From the IMG/VR virus record IMGVR_UViG_3300033463_000341, positions 1-41,501 of that record: a stretch of 41,501 nucleotides of DNA; one strand, written 5' to 3'. Shown here one piece after another: positions 1-8,765 of this stretch. Position 1 is the stretch's first letter, and each line of letters starts with the position of its first letter. The stretch comes from a virus. A program made the position numbers and the translations under genes. The notes under the pieces are model-generated. The model ran no database searches. It was not told the origin of the DNA and saw only the letters and a program-made list of their open reading frames with translations.

Positions 1-127
1 GATTGTGTTAATATTTACTTGTTTTGCTATTGAAATTGTGTCTTTATCAAATAAGTTCTTACCTGTACTTTTATCAATTTTATCTTGATAAGTATCTATT
101 TTACATAATTCTATTGGTGTAAAATAT
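1..127. repeat. Terminal direct repeat, identical to 41375-41501 (circular-contig overlap)
   Basis: The string gattgtgttaatatttacttg...ggtgtaaaatat occurs at both ends. 127 nt equals a commonly used maximum assembler k-mer, so this is most likely an assembly overlap of a circular or circularly permuted genome. Confidence 0.9.
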
Positions 128-2133
128 GGAGCATAACTACTGGCTGTTGAGCCTCTTTCTATTTGTGGTCTAAAAACATAATTTGTAAATGTTCTTCCAC
201 TTGGTATATAAATCCACATATAATAATAATCATATCGTGCCAAATTTCTTGCAACATAAGGGTCAGCCGTTGTACTAAATAAAGTTACTGCGTTCTCACC
301 TTGATTTTTTCCATACAATATTGTAGTAAATGTGCCTCCTGTTTGTGTACCTGTGTAATTTCTACTAAATGTTATTGCATCAGAAGGTAAGTCATACATA
401 TCATCACTTATTTTTATAGAAACCGTGTCAGATGTTGTTCCATTAAATGTAAATGTTCCATCGCCATTGTTAGTTATTGTAAAATCTCCAAATGTTTGAC
501 TACTTATACTATCAATGCTTAACAAATTCTTACCTAAATTAATCTCATAAGTGTTACCTTGATATGCTTGATATTCGGTTTTACTAGAGCCTTTTTCAAT
601 TTGAATACCATTTAATATTTGTTGTTCGGTTGATGTATCTCCATTTATCCAAAAATAAACTATTAAATATTTCGAATTGCTATCACTAGTGACAGTTAGT
701 GTTTTCCCACTATCATTAGTACTTACATTTTTAACTTGTACTCCACTTGCAGGTAATACATCAGTTGTTCCTGCTCTAAATCTATTAGATGTAATTTGTT
801 TTGATATGGTATATGTTGTATTTGGTTGTATAGGAATATATATACTTCTTACATTATTGTTTACTGTAATACTATCACTAGCACTAAAAGAACCATTTAT
901 AATGTTTGCATTGTCTTTATCAAATAAATTCTTTCCACATACTATTACTTCTTGTCTACCTGTTACTGTTTCAACACTCTGTGGGTAACTAGGATTTGGA
1001 CTTGGTTGTCCACCAACATAAGGTTCATAATCATTATATGTTGCTGTTAAATCAGATGTTATCATTGGTTTTAAAAGTGCATTTGTAAATCTAACACCTT
1101 GTGCTATTGATAACGATAATTTACCAAATGTTGTAAATGTTATTGTTGCACCATTACCTGTATCTCTATTACCCCATACACCATCAAATCTTGTTGCTAA
1201 ATAATATGTATTGTCACTACCACCTGCAGGACAACCTACTACTTTATATGTTCCACTTGGTATTGTATTTATAGGAAAAAAATCTATACTAATACCACTC
1301 GTTGCTTGTCCGTTTAATGTATATGTTCCATCTCCATTATTTGTAAGAGTTACGCCATTTACTGTTGTCGTGGCTGTATTATTATCAAATAAATTCTTTC
1401 CACTATATGTTTGTTGGTATGTATCGCCTAACACTTGTATTTCAGCACTATCACCATCATTATAAGCAATGTATATATTTTTACCTTCTATTTCAATTTC
1501 ACTTATTGTAGTGTCATTAAAATATCTTATTTCTAATTCGTCATTTTCATTTATACAAATTGCACTAGCTGTAACTTGTGCTAATTCATCTAATACATCT
1601 CTATATGTATAGCCATAAGATTTCCCTTCAGAAGATAAGTATAATTCACTAGGTATTGTTTTATTATAATTAGCAAAAACATTATTCTTATCTTTAAAAG
1701 TTAGCCCTAATCGGCTACATATAGCATTTATATAATCTTTAATGCTTATTGGATACTCAACACCTAAACTCTCATATTCTTTCATAGAATATAACATTTT
1801 ATCATAACACAATAAATTAAAATATCCGGTTTCTTTTTCTTCTTCTACTTCATAAACAATAAAATTGCCATAATTTAAATATTCATAGTTATTATTTATT
1901 TTAGCACCAAAATTTAAATTTAAAATAGTGTCTTTAGATATTTTCCTATCAATTTTGATTTCTAATTGTTTCATTATTGATTTTAAAATGTCACCATTAA
2001 CGGAATACTTTAATCTTTTTATATTGTCGCCGTTTAAAGTTATGGTGTTTCCATTATCATTATAAGTAATAATAGCTTCGGTTTCTCTTATATCTTTAAT
2101 TTTATTTTTAAAATCTTGTGTATGTGTTCTCAT
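1..2133 (-). CDS. Large tail-tip / receptor-binding protein, N-terminal part (711 codons). The gene wraps the contig junction and continues at 41374..39068, about 1479 aa in total
   Basis: ATG at 2133 overlaps the upstream stop (TAATG). Hand translation gives MRTHTQDFKNKIKDIRETEAIITYNDNGNTITLNGDNIKRL... The frame stays open wherever sampled (2133-1381, 940-910, 540-510, 240-1) and is in frame with ORF 39068..41368 through the 127-bp repeat. It is absent from the ORF track because it has no in-window stop. Confidence 0.85.
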   Translation of the reverse strand, partial: MRTHTQDFKNKIKDIRETEAIITYNDNGNTITLNGDNIKRLKYSVNGDILKSIMKQLEIKIDRKISKDTILNLNFGAKINNNYEYLNYGNFIVYEVEEEKETGYFNLLCYDKMLYSMKEYESLGVEYPISIKDYINAICSRLGLTFKDKNNVFANYNKTIPSELYLSSEGKSYGYTYRDVLDELAQVTASAICINENDELEIRYFNDTTISEIEIEGKNIYIAYNDGDSAEIQVLGDTYQQTYSGKNLFDNNTATTTVNGVTLTNNGDGTYTLNGQATSGISIDFFPINTIPSGTYKVVGCPAGGSDNTYYLATRFDGVWGNRDTGNGATITFTTFGKLSLSIAQGVRFTNALLKPMITSDLTATYNDYEPYVGGQPSPNPSYPQSVETVTGRQEVIVCGKNLFDKDNANIINGSFSASDSITVNNNVRSIYIPIQPNTTYTISKQITSNRFRAGTTDVLPASGVQVKNVSTNDSGKTLTVTSDSNSKYLIVYFWINGDTSTEQQILNGIQIEKGSSKTEYQAYQGNTYEINLGKNLLSIDSISSQTFGDFTITNNGDGTFTFNGTTSDTVSIKISDDMYDLPSDAITFSRNYTGTQTGGTFTTILYGKNQGENAVTLFSTTADPYVARNLARYDYYYMWIYIPSGRTFTNYVFRPQIERGSTASSYAPYFTPIELCKIDTYQDKIDKSTGKNLFDKDTISIAKQVNINTI

Positions 2134-2504
2134 TACAATTTATCATTCCCTACAAAACTATATTTAAAACCGTTGCTTTTATTTATTTTATAAAAATCCA
2201 AATTCAAATCTCCTTTATGAGTTGTGATTGTTTTTTGAACACCACTAGGGTCATCATAAGTAATAGTTTGAGTTACCGTTCTAAATATTGCATTTGTCAA
2301 TGTTGTTATTACTTCTGGTGACAGTTTCCCAAAAGTTATTGTTATTTTTGGATAAGTTCCTTTAAATGTTCCTACAAATTTTCCACTTAATGTGTTAAAA
2401 CCTGCATCTTCTCCCCATGTATCATAAAATCCATAAGATATTTGAGTTGCATATTGTCCTATTGAAATCCCATTTATTATTACACTATCTTTATTTAAAA
2501 ACAT
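2133..2504 (-). CDS. Small tail protein in the distal-tail (Dit) position
   Basis: 123-aa ORF between the tape measure and tail-tip genes, with a TAATG overlap onto the next gene. Function is by position only. Confidence 0.6.
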   Translation of the reverse strand: MFLNKDSVIINGISIGQYATQISYGFYDTWGEDAGFNTLSGKFVGTFKGTYPKITITFGKLSPEVITTLTNAIFRTVTQTITYDDPSGVQKTITTHKGDLNLDFYKINKSNGFKYSFVGNDKL

Positions 2505-2516
2505 TTTATCACCTCT

Positions 2517-3929
2517 TTATTTATTAGTTGCAAAATTAATATTATTTTGAACTCCAGAAATTTGTCTTTGTATTAATCTACCGTCCAAATAAACATTTAC
2601 AGCATTTGAGTAATTATCGGCATAATTAGTAAATGGTACATGTCTACTATATTCTAAATCAGCAATAGTTTTGGCATAATTTGTTGTACCAGCTATTGTG
2701 CTTTCTGGTTGAGTTTGAGCATTTATAACATAATCAGGTACTCCAACGTCTTTATAAACTCTTTTCAATAATTTATTATAGGCTTCAATTTCTCTTTGTT
2801 GTATAAGAGCAAAATCTGCACTAGCACCTTCTATAGCTCTTTCAGAAACTTCTATCATATTATTAAGGAAAGATACCATTTCATCATAAGTCATATTTTT
2901 ATTTCCACTTAAATAATCTTCAACTATTTTTGTGGTTTCTTCAATATTTTTTTTCGATTGCTTTTGAGCTCTATCTTCTAAATCATCACGCAATGCTTTT
3001 AATTCTTTAGCTTGTTTTAATGCTTCGGCTAAACCTTTTACTGCAATTGTTGCTACCCAAACTGTACCAATAATTGCCAAAATAGTAGCCAATCCATTTA
3101 ATCCTGTTAAAAGCTGTGAACTACCCATTAATGTACTAATTCCTGACAATATTTTAGCAATGGCAACAGCACCAAATGTAACGCCTAATACAATACCAAC
3201 ATCTTTTATTAAATCTTTATTATCTTTTAAAACAGCGGCAAGTTTTTTTAATTTATTAATAATGCCTTGGTCTAATTCAGGAATATCAATTATTCCATTA
3301 TAACTAGATGTTTTTAAAGCACCAGATTGTTTCCTTATAACATCAAAATCATAAGTTTCAATATTTAGTTGTTTTTGTGCTTTTGCTTGTTTTTGTAATG
3401 CTTTAGCATTGTGTTCGGCAATTTTGTCAACTCCAGTTAATGCTTTTATGAATTCATTAAGATATCCAACGCCTTTTAATATTAAATCGGCAACACCATT
3501 AATTACTGGACCTAAAACATCTCCTAACAAAGACCATATACTTTTTAATTTATTAGCAACTTCTTCATTTTCATTTAAATAAGTGCTACTAGCTTTACTA
3601 ACTATTCCATAAACAGAAGCAATGCCTACCATTCTTAAAGCAAACTTTTTCAAACTATTAGCCATTTTTTTCCAACTTTTATTGCTTGTTTCTTCTAGTT
3701 TGGTTTGCTGTTTTCTTAAACTAATAATTTGATTTGATACTTGTTCTATGTTTTTTCTTAATTGCATTGCTTGATTACTTTGTTCATTAAATCCTTTTTT
3801 TTCTGCCATTGTATTATAATCGTTTATCAAATCATTTATTTTTTCTTCTAAATAACTAATTTGCTCATCAAATGTTTTTGTGTTTATCTCGGTATCAAAT
3901 GTTATTTTTCCATCTGCATCTTTAGTCAT
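2517..3929 (-). CDS. Tail tape measure protein
   Basis: Follows the chaperone pair. Coiled-coil N-terminus and central hydrophobic/Gly-rich segments (GIVLGVTFGAVAIAKILSGISTLMGSSQLL...). The ATG at 3929 has GGAGG 8 nt upstream; the track start at 3938 is a GTG. Confidence 0.8.
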   Translation of the reverse strand: MTKDADGKITFDTEINTKTFDEQISYLEEKINDLINDYNTMAEKKGFNEQSNQAMQLRKNIEQVSNQIISLRKQQTKLEETSNKSWKKMANSLKKFALRMVGIASVYGIVSKASSTYLNENEEVANKLKSIWSLLGDVLGPVINGVADLILKGVGYLNEFIKALTGVDKIAEHNAKALQKQAKAQKQLNIETYDFDVIRKQSGALKTSSYNGIIDIPELDQGIINKLKKLAAVLKDNKDLIKDVGIVLGVTFGAVAIAKILSGISTLMGSSQLLTGLNGLATILAIIGTVWVATIAVKGLAEALKQAKELKALRDDLEDRAQKQSKKNIEETTKIVEDYLSGNKNMTYDEMVSFLNNMIEVSERAIEGASADFALIQQREIEAYNKLLKRVYKDVGVPDYVINAQTQPESTIAGTTNYAKTIADLEYSRHVPFTNYADNYSNAVNVYLDGRLIQRQISGVQNNINFATNK

Positions 3930-4491
3930 TATTTTCACCTCCTATAATTTTATCCCAAAACTCATCAAGTTCTTTTTCTTGTTCCGTTTTTTTGTGCTTT
4001 TTCTTTATTGCTATTCTTTTTTGTAATTCAATAAGTTTTGTTCTTTCTTTTTCATCTTGAATTTCTTGCGGGTCTTTATTCCTAATCTCTCTTATTTGAC
4101 TTATTAAACTATCTTCTGTCAACCCACTTATTAATTCATTATATTCATACCAATGTAAATATTTCATTTCATTAAGATTAATATGATAACATTGTCTTAT
4201 GCTCGTCCTAGTGTCTATTTCATCTTGTAAATAATCATAGTCTATTTCTTCCGTAGGCGTATTTTCTTCTCTGCCACATCTTAAATATTTTATGATTTTT
4301 TCTATAACAATTGGCTTTTCTTCCATATTAAAGCAAACATCTTTTCCAAATATAAGTGTTTCTAAAGCATAATATTTTTCTAACTCCGTTATTTCATCAT
4401 CTTGGATTGCTCTAAAACAAGCAAGCGCAACTCTATAATCGGTATTAATATTGTATATCTTACCATTTATTTCCATTTTAGTAGGATACAT
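3922..4491 (-). CDS. Tail assembly protein, Phage_Gp15-like (Listeria A118 gp15 type)
   Basis: The N-terminus MYPTKMEINGKIYNINTDYRVALACFRAIQDD resembles the Gp15 family as I remember it. Lies directly upstream of the tape measure. Same reading frame as 4492..4932, separated by a single TAA. Confidence 0.6.
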   Translation of the reverse strand: MYPTKMEINGKIYNINTDYRVALACFRAIQDDEITELEKYYALETLIFGKDVCFNMEEKPIVIEKIIKYLRCGREENTPTEEIDYDYLQDEIDTRTSIRQCYHINLNEMKYLHWYEYNELISGLTEDSLISQIREIRNKDPQEIQDEKERTKLIELQKRIAIKKKHKKTEQEKELDEFWDKIIGGENND

Positions 4492-4932
4492 TTATATCAC
4501 TTCTTTATCTATTTGCATATATTTATTTGCTAACTTTTGTTTAGCTTTATCGCCCTTGATTTTTATTTTTTCAAAATGTGGTTTTAATGCGTTTATAAGT
4601 GCAATATATTGCCCAAATTGTTCTTTATCACCAAATATCTTTTGACAAGCCCCTTCTCCTAAAAAGCTATCCAAAGTTTTTCTCATTTCTTTTGCATTTT
4701 GTTCATCTAATTCAATTATACCTTCTGCTCTTTTTAATATGTCTTTGTTATTTTCCAATTCTTTTCTTTTGGTTTGATATTCTTGATGCAACTTTAACAT
4801 TTTATCACTTGCGTCCATTATTTTTTTAGGCAACCTCATATCAGTTAAATCAAATTCTATTGTGTCACCCTTATCATTAACTTCCAATATATAATAATCA
4901 TTTTTATTATGGTCTAAAATTAACTTTTCCAT
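4492..4932 (-). CDS. Tail assembly chaperone-position protein
   Basis: 146 aa, first ORF after the major tail protein, RBS AGGAGGAAAATATG. Function is by position. Confidence 0.6.
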   Translation of the reverse strand: MEKLILDHNKNDYYILEVNDKGDTIEFDLTDMRLPKKIMDASDKMLKLHQEYQTKRKELENNKDILKRAEGIIELDEQNAKEMRKTLDSFLGEGACQKIFGDKEQFGQYIALINALKPHFEKIKIKGDKAKQKLANKYMQIDKEVI

Positions 4933-4956
4933 ATTTTCCTCCTAACATACACCTAT

Positions 4957-4967
4957 ATTATATCACA
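4957..4967 (-). promoter_or_regulatory. Extended -10 promoter motif TGTGATATAAT (class II)
   Basis: The minus strand reads TGTGATATAAT about 25 nt upstream of the ATG at 4932. It is one of 8 intergenic copies of (A/G)TGATATAAT, all on the coding strand. Confidence 0.4.
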
Positions 4968-4974
4968 TTATTTC

Positions 4975-5013
4975 AAAAATAAAAAATAGGATTGAGGGTT
5001 AAGCCCTCAACCC
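4975..5013 (-). terminator. Intrinsic terminator after the major tail protein gene
   Basis: The minus strand reads GGTTGAGGG-CTTAA-CCCTCAA followed by TCCTATTTTTTATTTTT. Confidence 0.7.
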
Positions 5014-5024
5014 CTTTATAAGGT

Positions 5025-5522
5025 TTATAGTGACGTATTTGGTGAAAACGTAGGTGTTTCTCCTACAAACGTAACTGTTCCATTAGTTGGTGTTCCATTT
5101 AATCCAATATTAAATGTAATCGTTGGTGTTTCTCCACCATCTCCGCCATAACTTTCAATTGATATTGTTGCTTCAAATACTTGTGCTTTAAACGCATCTC
5201 CAGTTTTGTCATATTTGTCAATTAATAATGCTTTTGTAACGGCATCATTACCAGTTGCTAAATTATATCTTAAACCATTGATGTAATCATATAAAGTATC
5301 CCCAAAATAACATTTCATATTACCATCAACACTTACATTGTAACTATCTAATGTAACTGTTGCATTATCATCTACAATATAAGTTTCACTTGTTGTTGAT
5401 GGATTATATGAATAAGTTGAACTTGTTGTTTTTCTACCATATAAACCCCAAGTCTCATTAATTGCTTTTGGAGTAGTATTTAAATATAACACTATATCTT
5501 TTCTTTTAACTAATTGTGGCAT
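5025..5522 (-). CDS. Major tail protein
   Basis: 165 aa with a strong RBS (AAGGAGGAATTAAAATATG). Precedes the chaperone pair and is followed by a terminator. The C-terminus is Thr/Ser/Pro-rich (NGTPTNGTVTFVGETPTFSPNTSL). Confidence 0.75.
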   Translation of the reverse strand: MPQLVKRKDIVLYLNTTPKAINETWGLYGRKTTSSTYSYNPSTTSETYIVDDNATVTLDSYNVSVDGNMKCYFGDTLYDYINGLRYNLATGNDAVTKALLIDKYDKTGDAFKAQVFEATISIESYGGDGGETPTITFNIGLNGTPTNGTVTFVGETPTFSPNTSL

Positions 5523-5541
5523 ATTTTAATTCCTCCTTTAT

Positions 5542-5997
5542 CTATAAAGATGGGATAATCTTATGACTTCCATCTTTCTCATAAATAATTTGTATTTGAA
5601 TATCGAATGTTGCTTCTGTTCCATCTACTGAATTCAATGTTCCACAATTCAAACATTCAATACTCACTATACCTTCAATATCAGGCAAAACGCCTTCGTC
5701 ATTATTAGAATTGATTATATCTGCAAAATCTTCAAAGAACCCTATGTTTTCCAAATTGTTAATAGTGTCTTGTGAATAAAATTTACGGCTTCTAAATGAA
5801 TAAACATCTTTATATAAACCACCGCCAGTTATATATGGTTCAACACTACTTGCGGTTGGTATTTTATCTAGTGAAAAATCACCTACATTACCTAAAAAAT
5901 CAGCACTAATTTGATAATTTCTATTTGTAGTAAGAGTATTTATAATTTCAAATAGATATTCTCTTGCTTTTGATATTCTATAATCCGTAACTGCCAT
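5542..5997 (-). CDS. Tail terminator / tail-completion-position protein
   Basis: 151 aa, immediately upstream of the major tail protein, with a 1-nt overlap onto the upstream gene. Function is by position. Confidence 0.55.
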   Translation of the reverse strand: MAVTDYRISKAREYLFEIINTLTTNRNYQISADFLGNVGDFSLDKIPTASSVEPYITGGGLYKDVYSFRSRKFYSQDTINNLENIGFFEDFADIINSNNDEGVLPDIEGIVSIECLNCGTLNSVDGTEATFDIQIQIIYEKDGSHKIIPSL

Positions 5998-6347
5998 TAT
6001 TTACCTCCACGATTTACAAAGTTTTGAACTTCTTTTACAATATCATCTATTTCACCACTTACCATTCGTTTGTCCCAATAAGGACCAGTTCCTACGGTAG
6101 TATATTTTTGAACTCTATGTGTTCCATCTTGTCTTATACCATAATATTGATAAGCGGCATAAGGCATTTCGTAGGTTATACTAGTTGGTTGAATATCAAC
6201 CACAGTTCGCAAATTACCTTCGTTTTTAGGAACATATTTATCCATATGTTTATAGAATGTATTTGTAACAAAGCGTTGTACTCGCCCATTGGGGTCAATG
6301 CCAAGTTTAGCTTTAATTGCGCTAGGCATTTTTATTTTGACAGGCAT
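5997..6347 (-). CDS. HK97 gp10-like neck/tail-component protein
   Basis: 116 aa. EGNLRTVVDIQPTSITYEMPYAAYQYYG resembles the HK97 gp10-family signature (G.L..S...........YA.Y.E.G). Confidence 0.6.
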   Translation of the reverse strand: MPVKIKMPSAIKAKLGIDPNGRVQRFVTNTFYKHMDKYVPKNEGNLRTVVDIQPTSITYEMPYAAYQYYGIRQDGTHRVQKYTTVGTGPYWDKRMVSGEIDDIVKEVQNFVNRGGK

Positions 6348-6348
6348 A

Positions 6349-6699
6349 TTACTTGCCCCCTAAATGTATATGTTGATTATTACCAAAATCATTATTATTA
6401 ATGCTTCTTATATTGTAAATAAGATAATTAGATAAATCTTGTTGTGTTGTTATATCAGTTTCAAGTGTGCCTTGAACAAGAATATCACCGATTGCGAAAT
6501 CTTCTATATTCAAACCACTGTTTTGGTCATAAGGTATGCGTACTTCAACGTCATTTGCATCATCATAGCCTTTATTTATTCCAGCACCTTTTCCACCAAA
6601 GAACCACACATTTGAATAATTATGTCTAGTCCATTTTTCCAGCCTAGTATTTTCATCAAAACCTTTATGATAAGTAGTTAAACTTGAATTACAAATCAT
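6349..6699 (-). CDS. Head-closure (head-tail joining) position protein
   Basis: The track ORF starts at 6729 but has no RBS there. The internal ATG at 6699 has AGAGGA 5 nt upstream and lies just past the upstream stop. Confidence 0.55.
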   Translation of the reverse strand: MICNSSLTTYHKGFDENTRLEKWTRHNYSNVWFFGGKGAGINKGYDDANDVEVRIPYDQNSGLNIEDFAIGDILVQGTLETDITTQQDLSNYLIYNIRSINNNDFGNNQHIHLGGK

Positions 6700-6700
6700 A

Positions 6701-7087
6701 TTATCCTCTATACAAGTAAGGTGTGCCATTTTCTAATTTACATTCGCCAAGATATGTTTCAATAATACGCTTTACTTCAGATTTTTGCGTCTTTGTAAGT
6801 TCGGCACTAACACCAGCATAAGTTACAGAGTAACCATCGGTATTTTCACTTAATTTACCTTTATCTCTTGCGTTATTTTCTGCATATCCTTTTAATAAAC
6901 TTATTAGATTATTATCACATAATTTTACTTCTTGTCTTTGGTTTATAATTGTTTTTAATCTACCATAGGTTCTATTATCAATTTCTTTTCTTGCTTCAAA
7001 TTCTAATAGATTAAAAGGCGTTTCGGCAAGTGTTCCACCTAACGCAGTATATTCTCTATAAGTTAGATATTGTCCACTAAACTCCAT
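6701..7087 (-). CDS. Head-tail connector (adaptor) protein, gp6-like position
   Basis: 128 aa, first gene after the major capsid protein, RBS AAAGGAGGGCGTTTATG. Confidence 0.6.
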   Translation of the reverse strand: MEFSGQYLTYREYTALGGTLAETPFNLLEFEARKEIDNRTYGRLKTIINQRQEVKLCDNNLISLLKGYAENNARDKGKLSENTDGYSVTYAGVSAELTKTQKSEVKRIIETYLGECKLENGTPYLYRG

Positions 7088-7103
7088 AAACGCCCTCCTT
7101 TAA

Positions 7104-8072
7104 TTACATTGATGGTGTTGATGCACCAATTTGAATTCCTCTTAAAACGCCAGCTTTATTTGTATTCTTTAATGCTACACCTGCAACTAATTCAACTTCA
7201 CCATCTTTAACTGCTCCTGGAGCATTTAAATCAGGCATAAATGAGTTAATTACTTTTGAACCTGTTGGAGATATACCATGGAATGCGTCTAATCCTATTG
7301 TAACGGCATAAATATCAGTTTTTCCATTTGTAACTGGAACAACATCAATTGTGCTAACGCCATTATAGTATTTTCCTGCGTCCATCATTGGAATATCATT
7401 GTAAGCTTCAACTGTTCTACCGAATTCATCTCTACTTCTTGAATAATATCCAGCACGTCTTGCGGCACTTCTCATTTTAGTCAACATTTTTTCATTCATT
7501 AATAACATTGTTGGTTTACCATCTAATGCTGATAAGAATGCGTCAACTTCATCAAGTAAAGCATTATAACCTGCGTCCATTTTTTCACTTGTAGAAACAT
7601 CTACTTGTGATGTGATTTCAGTTTCAGCACCAGTTAATAGTTTATTTAATCCATCAAATTCAGTGCTTTCAACAGATGAATTACCATTAATTACTAAATT
7701 GTGGAATTCATTTGCAGTAGCTTTAATTTTTTGTTCAGTTTGGAATGCTAATTCGTCAACTGCTCCAGCTGTTCCTATAAGAACACGGTCAATTTGGAAT
7801 TTACCACCCATGATAACTGCTTTAGTTGTCTTTTCTTCTCTTTTTGCTTCACCAGCAGAATATTCACTATTAATTGTTCTTATTGCGGCTGTTGAAGGTG
7901 TTTTTAATTGTACATAACCATAAGTTAATGTAGAACCACCAGTTCCTGGTGAAATTGCGTTATCGAATACTAATTTATCAAGTAATAAACTTGAACGTCT
8001 AAAAGTATCAACAACTTTTTGGTCGACTTTATCAGCCATACCTACTTTTGCTTCAGCTAATGTTATAGCCAT
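7104..8072 (-). CDS. Major capsid protein (HK97-fold class)
   Basis: 322 aa, follows the scaffold gene, strong RBS. The sequence pattern (MAITLAEAKVG..., ...LLMNEKMLTKMRSAARRAGYY...) is typical of Firmicutes siphovirus capsid proteins. Confidence 0.85.
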   Translation of the reverse strand: MAITLAEAKVGMADKVDQKVVDTFRRSSLLLDKLVFDNAISPGTGGSTLTYGYVQLKTPSTAAIRTINSEYSAGEAKREEKTTKAVIMGGKFQIDRVLIGTAGAVDELAFQTEQKIKATANEFHNLVINGNSSVESTEFDGLNKLLTGAETEITSQVDVSTSEKMDAGYNALLDEVDAFLSALDGKPTMLLMNEKMLTKMRSAARRAGYYSRSRDEFGRTVEAYNDIPMMDAGKYYNGVSTIDVVPVTNGKTDIYAVTIGLDAFHGISPTGSKVINSFMPDLNAPGAVKDGEVELVAGVALKNTNKAGVLRGIQIGASTPSM

Positions 8073-8086
8073 AAATCATCTCTCCT

Positions 8087-8617
8087 TTAATTATTATATT
8101 TTTCATGCAACGCATCAAGTAATGATGATGGTTGGTTTGTAGGCTCTGCTTCATGTCCTTCACCTACATCAATTCTTTGTTGTGGTTCTTCTTTACGCTT
8201 TTCTGCTTCAAATAAATAATCATGTGATTTTTTTATTTCGGCGATTTGCTCATCTAAACCACTAATTTCATATTTACCATCTTTTTCCTCATAACTGATT
8301 TTATCATCAGCAATAAGTTTTGATAATAAATCAATGTCTTTTGCTTTAGTGCTTTGTAAAGCTTCTTTTAAAGCATTAGACTTTTTGAAAGTTTCTATTT
8401 CCTTATTACCTTCTGCTTTTCCTAATTCAAATTGTTCTTTTTTTATCGCTTCAATATCAACTTTTTTACTTTCCTCTATTTGGTCTTTTAATGTTTTATT
8501 TTCATCTTTAAGTTTGTCTCTTTCCTCTTTAAGCTCAGTAAAATTTTTTCCATATTCAGCCATAATAGTATTTATTAGCTCAGTATCAAGGTCTAATCCT
8601 TTCAAAAATTCACGCAT
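8087..8617 (-). CDS. Scaffolding protein
   Basis: Acidic, coiled-coil protein immediately upstream of the capsid gene. The start at 8617 (MREFLKGL) has GAAGGAGGAG upstream. The track's 13-codon extension overlaps a 5'-UTR hairpin. Confidence 0.75.
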   Translation of the reverse strand: MREFLKGLDLDTELINTIMAEYGKNFTELKEERDKLKDENKTLKDQIEESKKVDIEAIKKEQFELGKAEGNKEIETFKKSNALKEALQSTKAKDIDLLSKLIADDKISYEEKDGKYEISGLDEQIAEIKKSHDYLFEAEKRKEEPQQRIDVGEGHEAEPTNQPSSLLDALHEKYNN

Positions 8618-8641
8618 ACATTCTCCTCCTTCGCTTTTTTT

Positions 8642-8717
8642 CGTGGTCTCGTCCACGTGTGAATTAAATATATTTTGTAGTTTATCGCACTACTTACGAA
8701 CAAAGTTCTCTCGAACT
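8642..8717 (-). promoter_or_regulatory. Structured 5' leader of the scaffold-capsid operon (three hairpins)
   Basis: Minus-strand hairpins: AGTTC-GAGA-GAACT (8704-8717, GNRA-type loop), GTAGT-GCGATAA-ACTAC (8677-8693) and CGTGG-ACGAGA-CCACG (8642-8657). Confidence 0.35.
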
Positions 8718-8725
8718 CTAATTAC

Positions 8726-8734
8726 ATTATATCA
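8726..8734 (-). promoter_or_regulatory. Extended -10 promoter motif TGATATAAT (class II)
   Basis: The minus strand reads TTTTGTGATATAATGT directly after a terminator and upstream of the scaffold gene. Confidence 0.45.
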
Positions 8735-8762
8735 CAAAATAAAAAAAGTGCCAAATTGCACT
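8735..8762 (-). terminator. Intrinsic terminator after gene 8766..9641
   Basis: The minus strand reads AGTGC-AATTTG-GCACT followed by TTTTTTTATTTT. Confidence 0.7.
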
Positions 8763-8765
8763 ATT

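Noticed and set aside
1-127. A biological direct terminal repeat (as in T7-like DTRs)
   Set aside because: The length equals a standard assembler k-mer, and the repeat lies in the middle of a long ORF that reads through the junction in frame. An assembly overlap is more parsimonious, although the physical ends remain undetermined.
677-1465. Plus-strand ORFs 677..988 and 1211..1465 (hydrophobic 103-aa and 84-aa products)
   Set aside because: They are shadow ORFs antisense to the long minus-strand tail-tip gene, whose frame I translated through this region. They have low-complexity Leu/Phe/Val composition and no SD.
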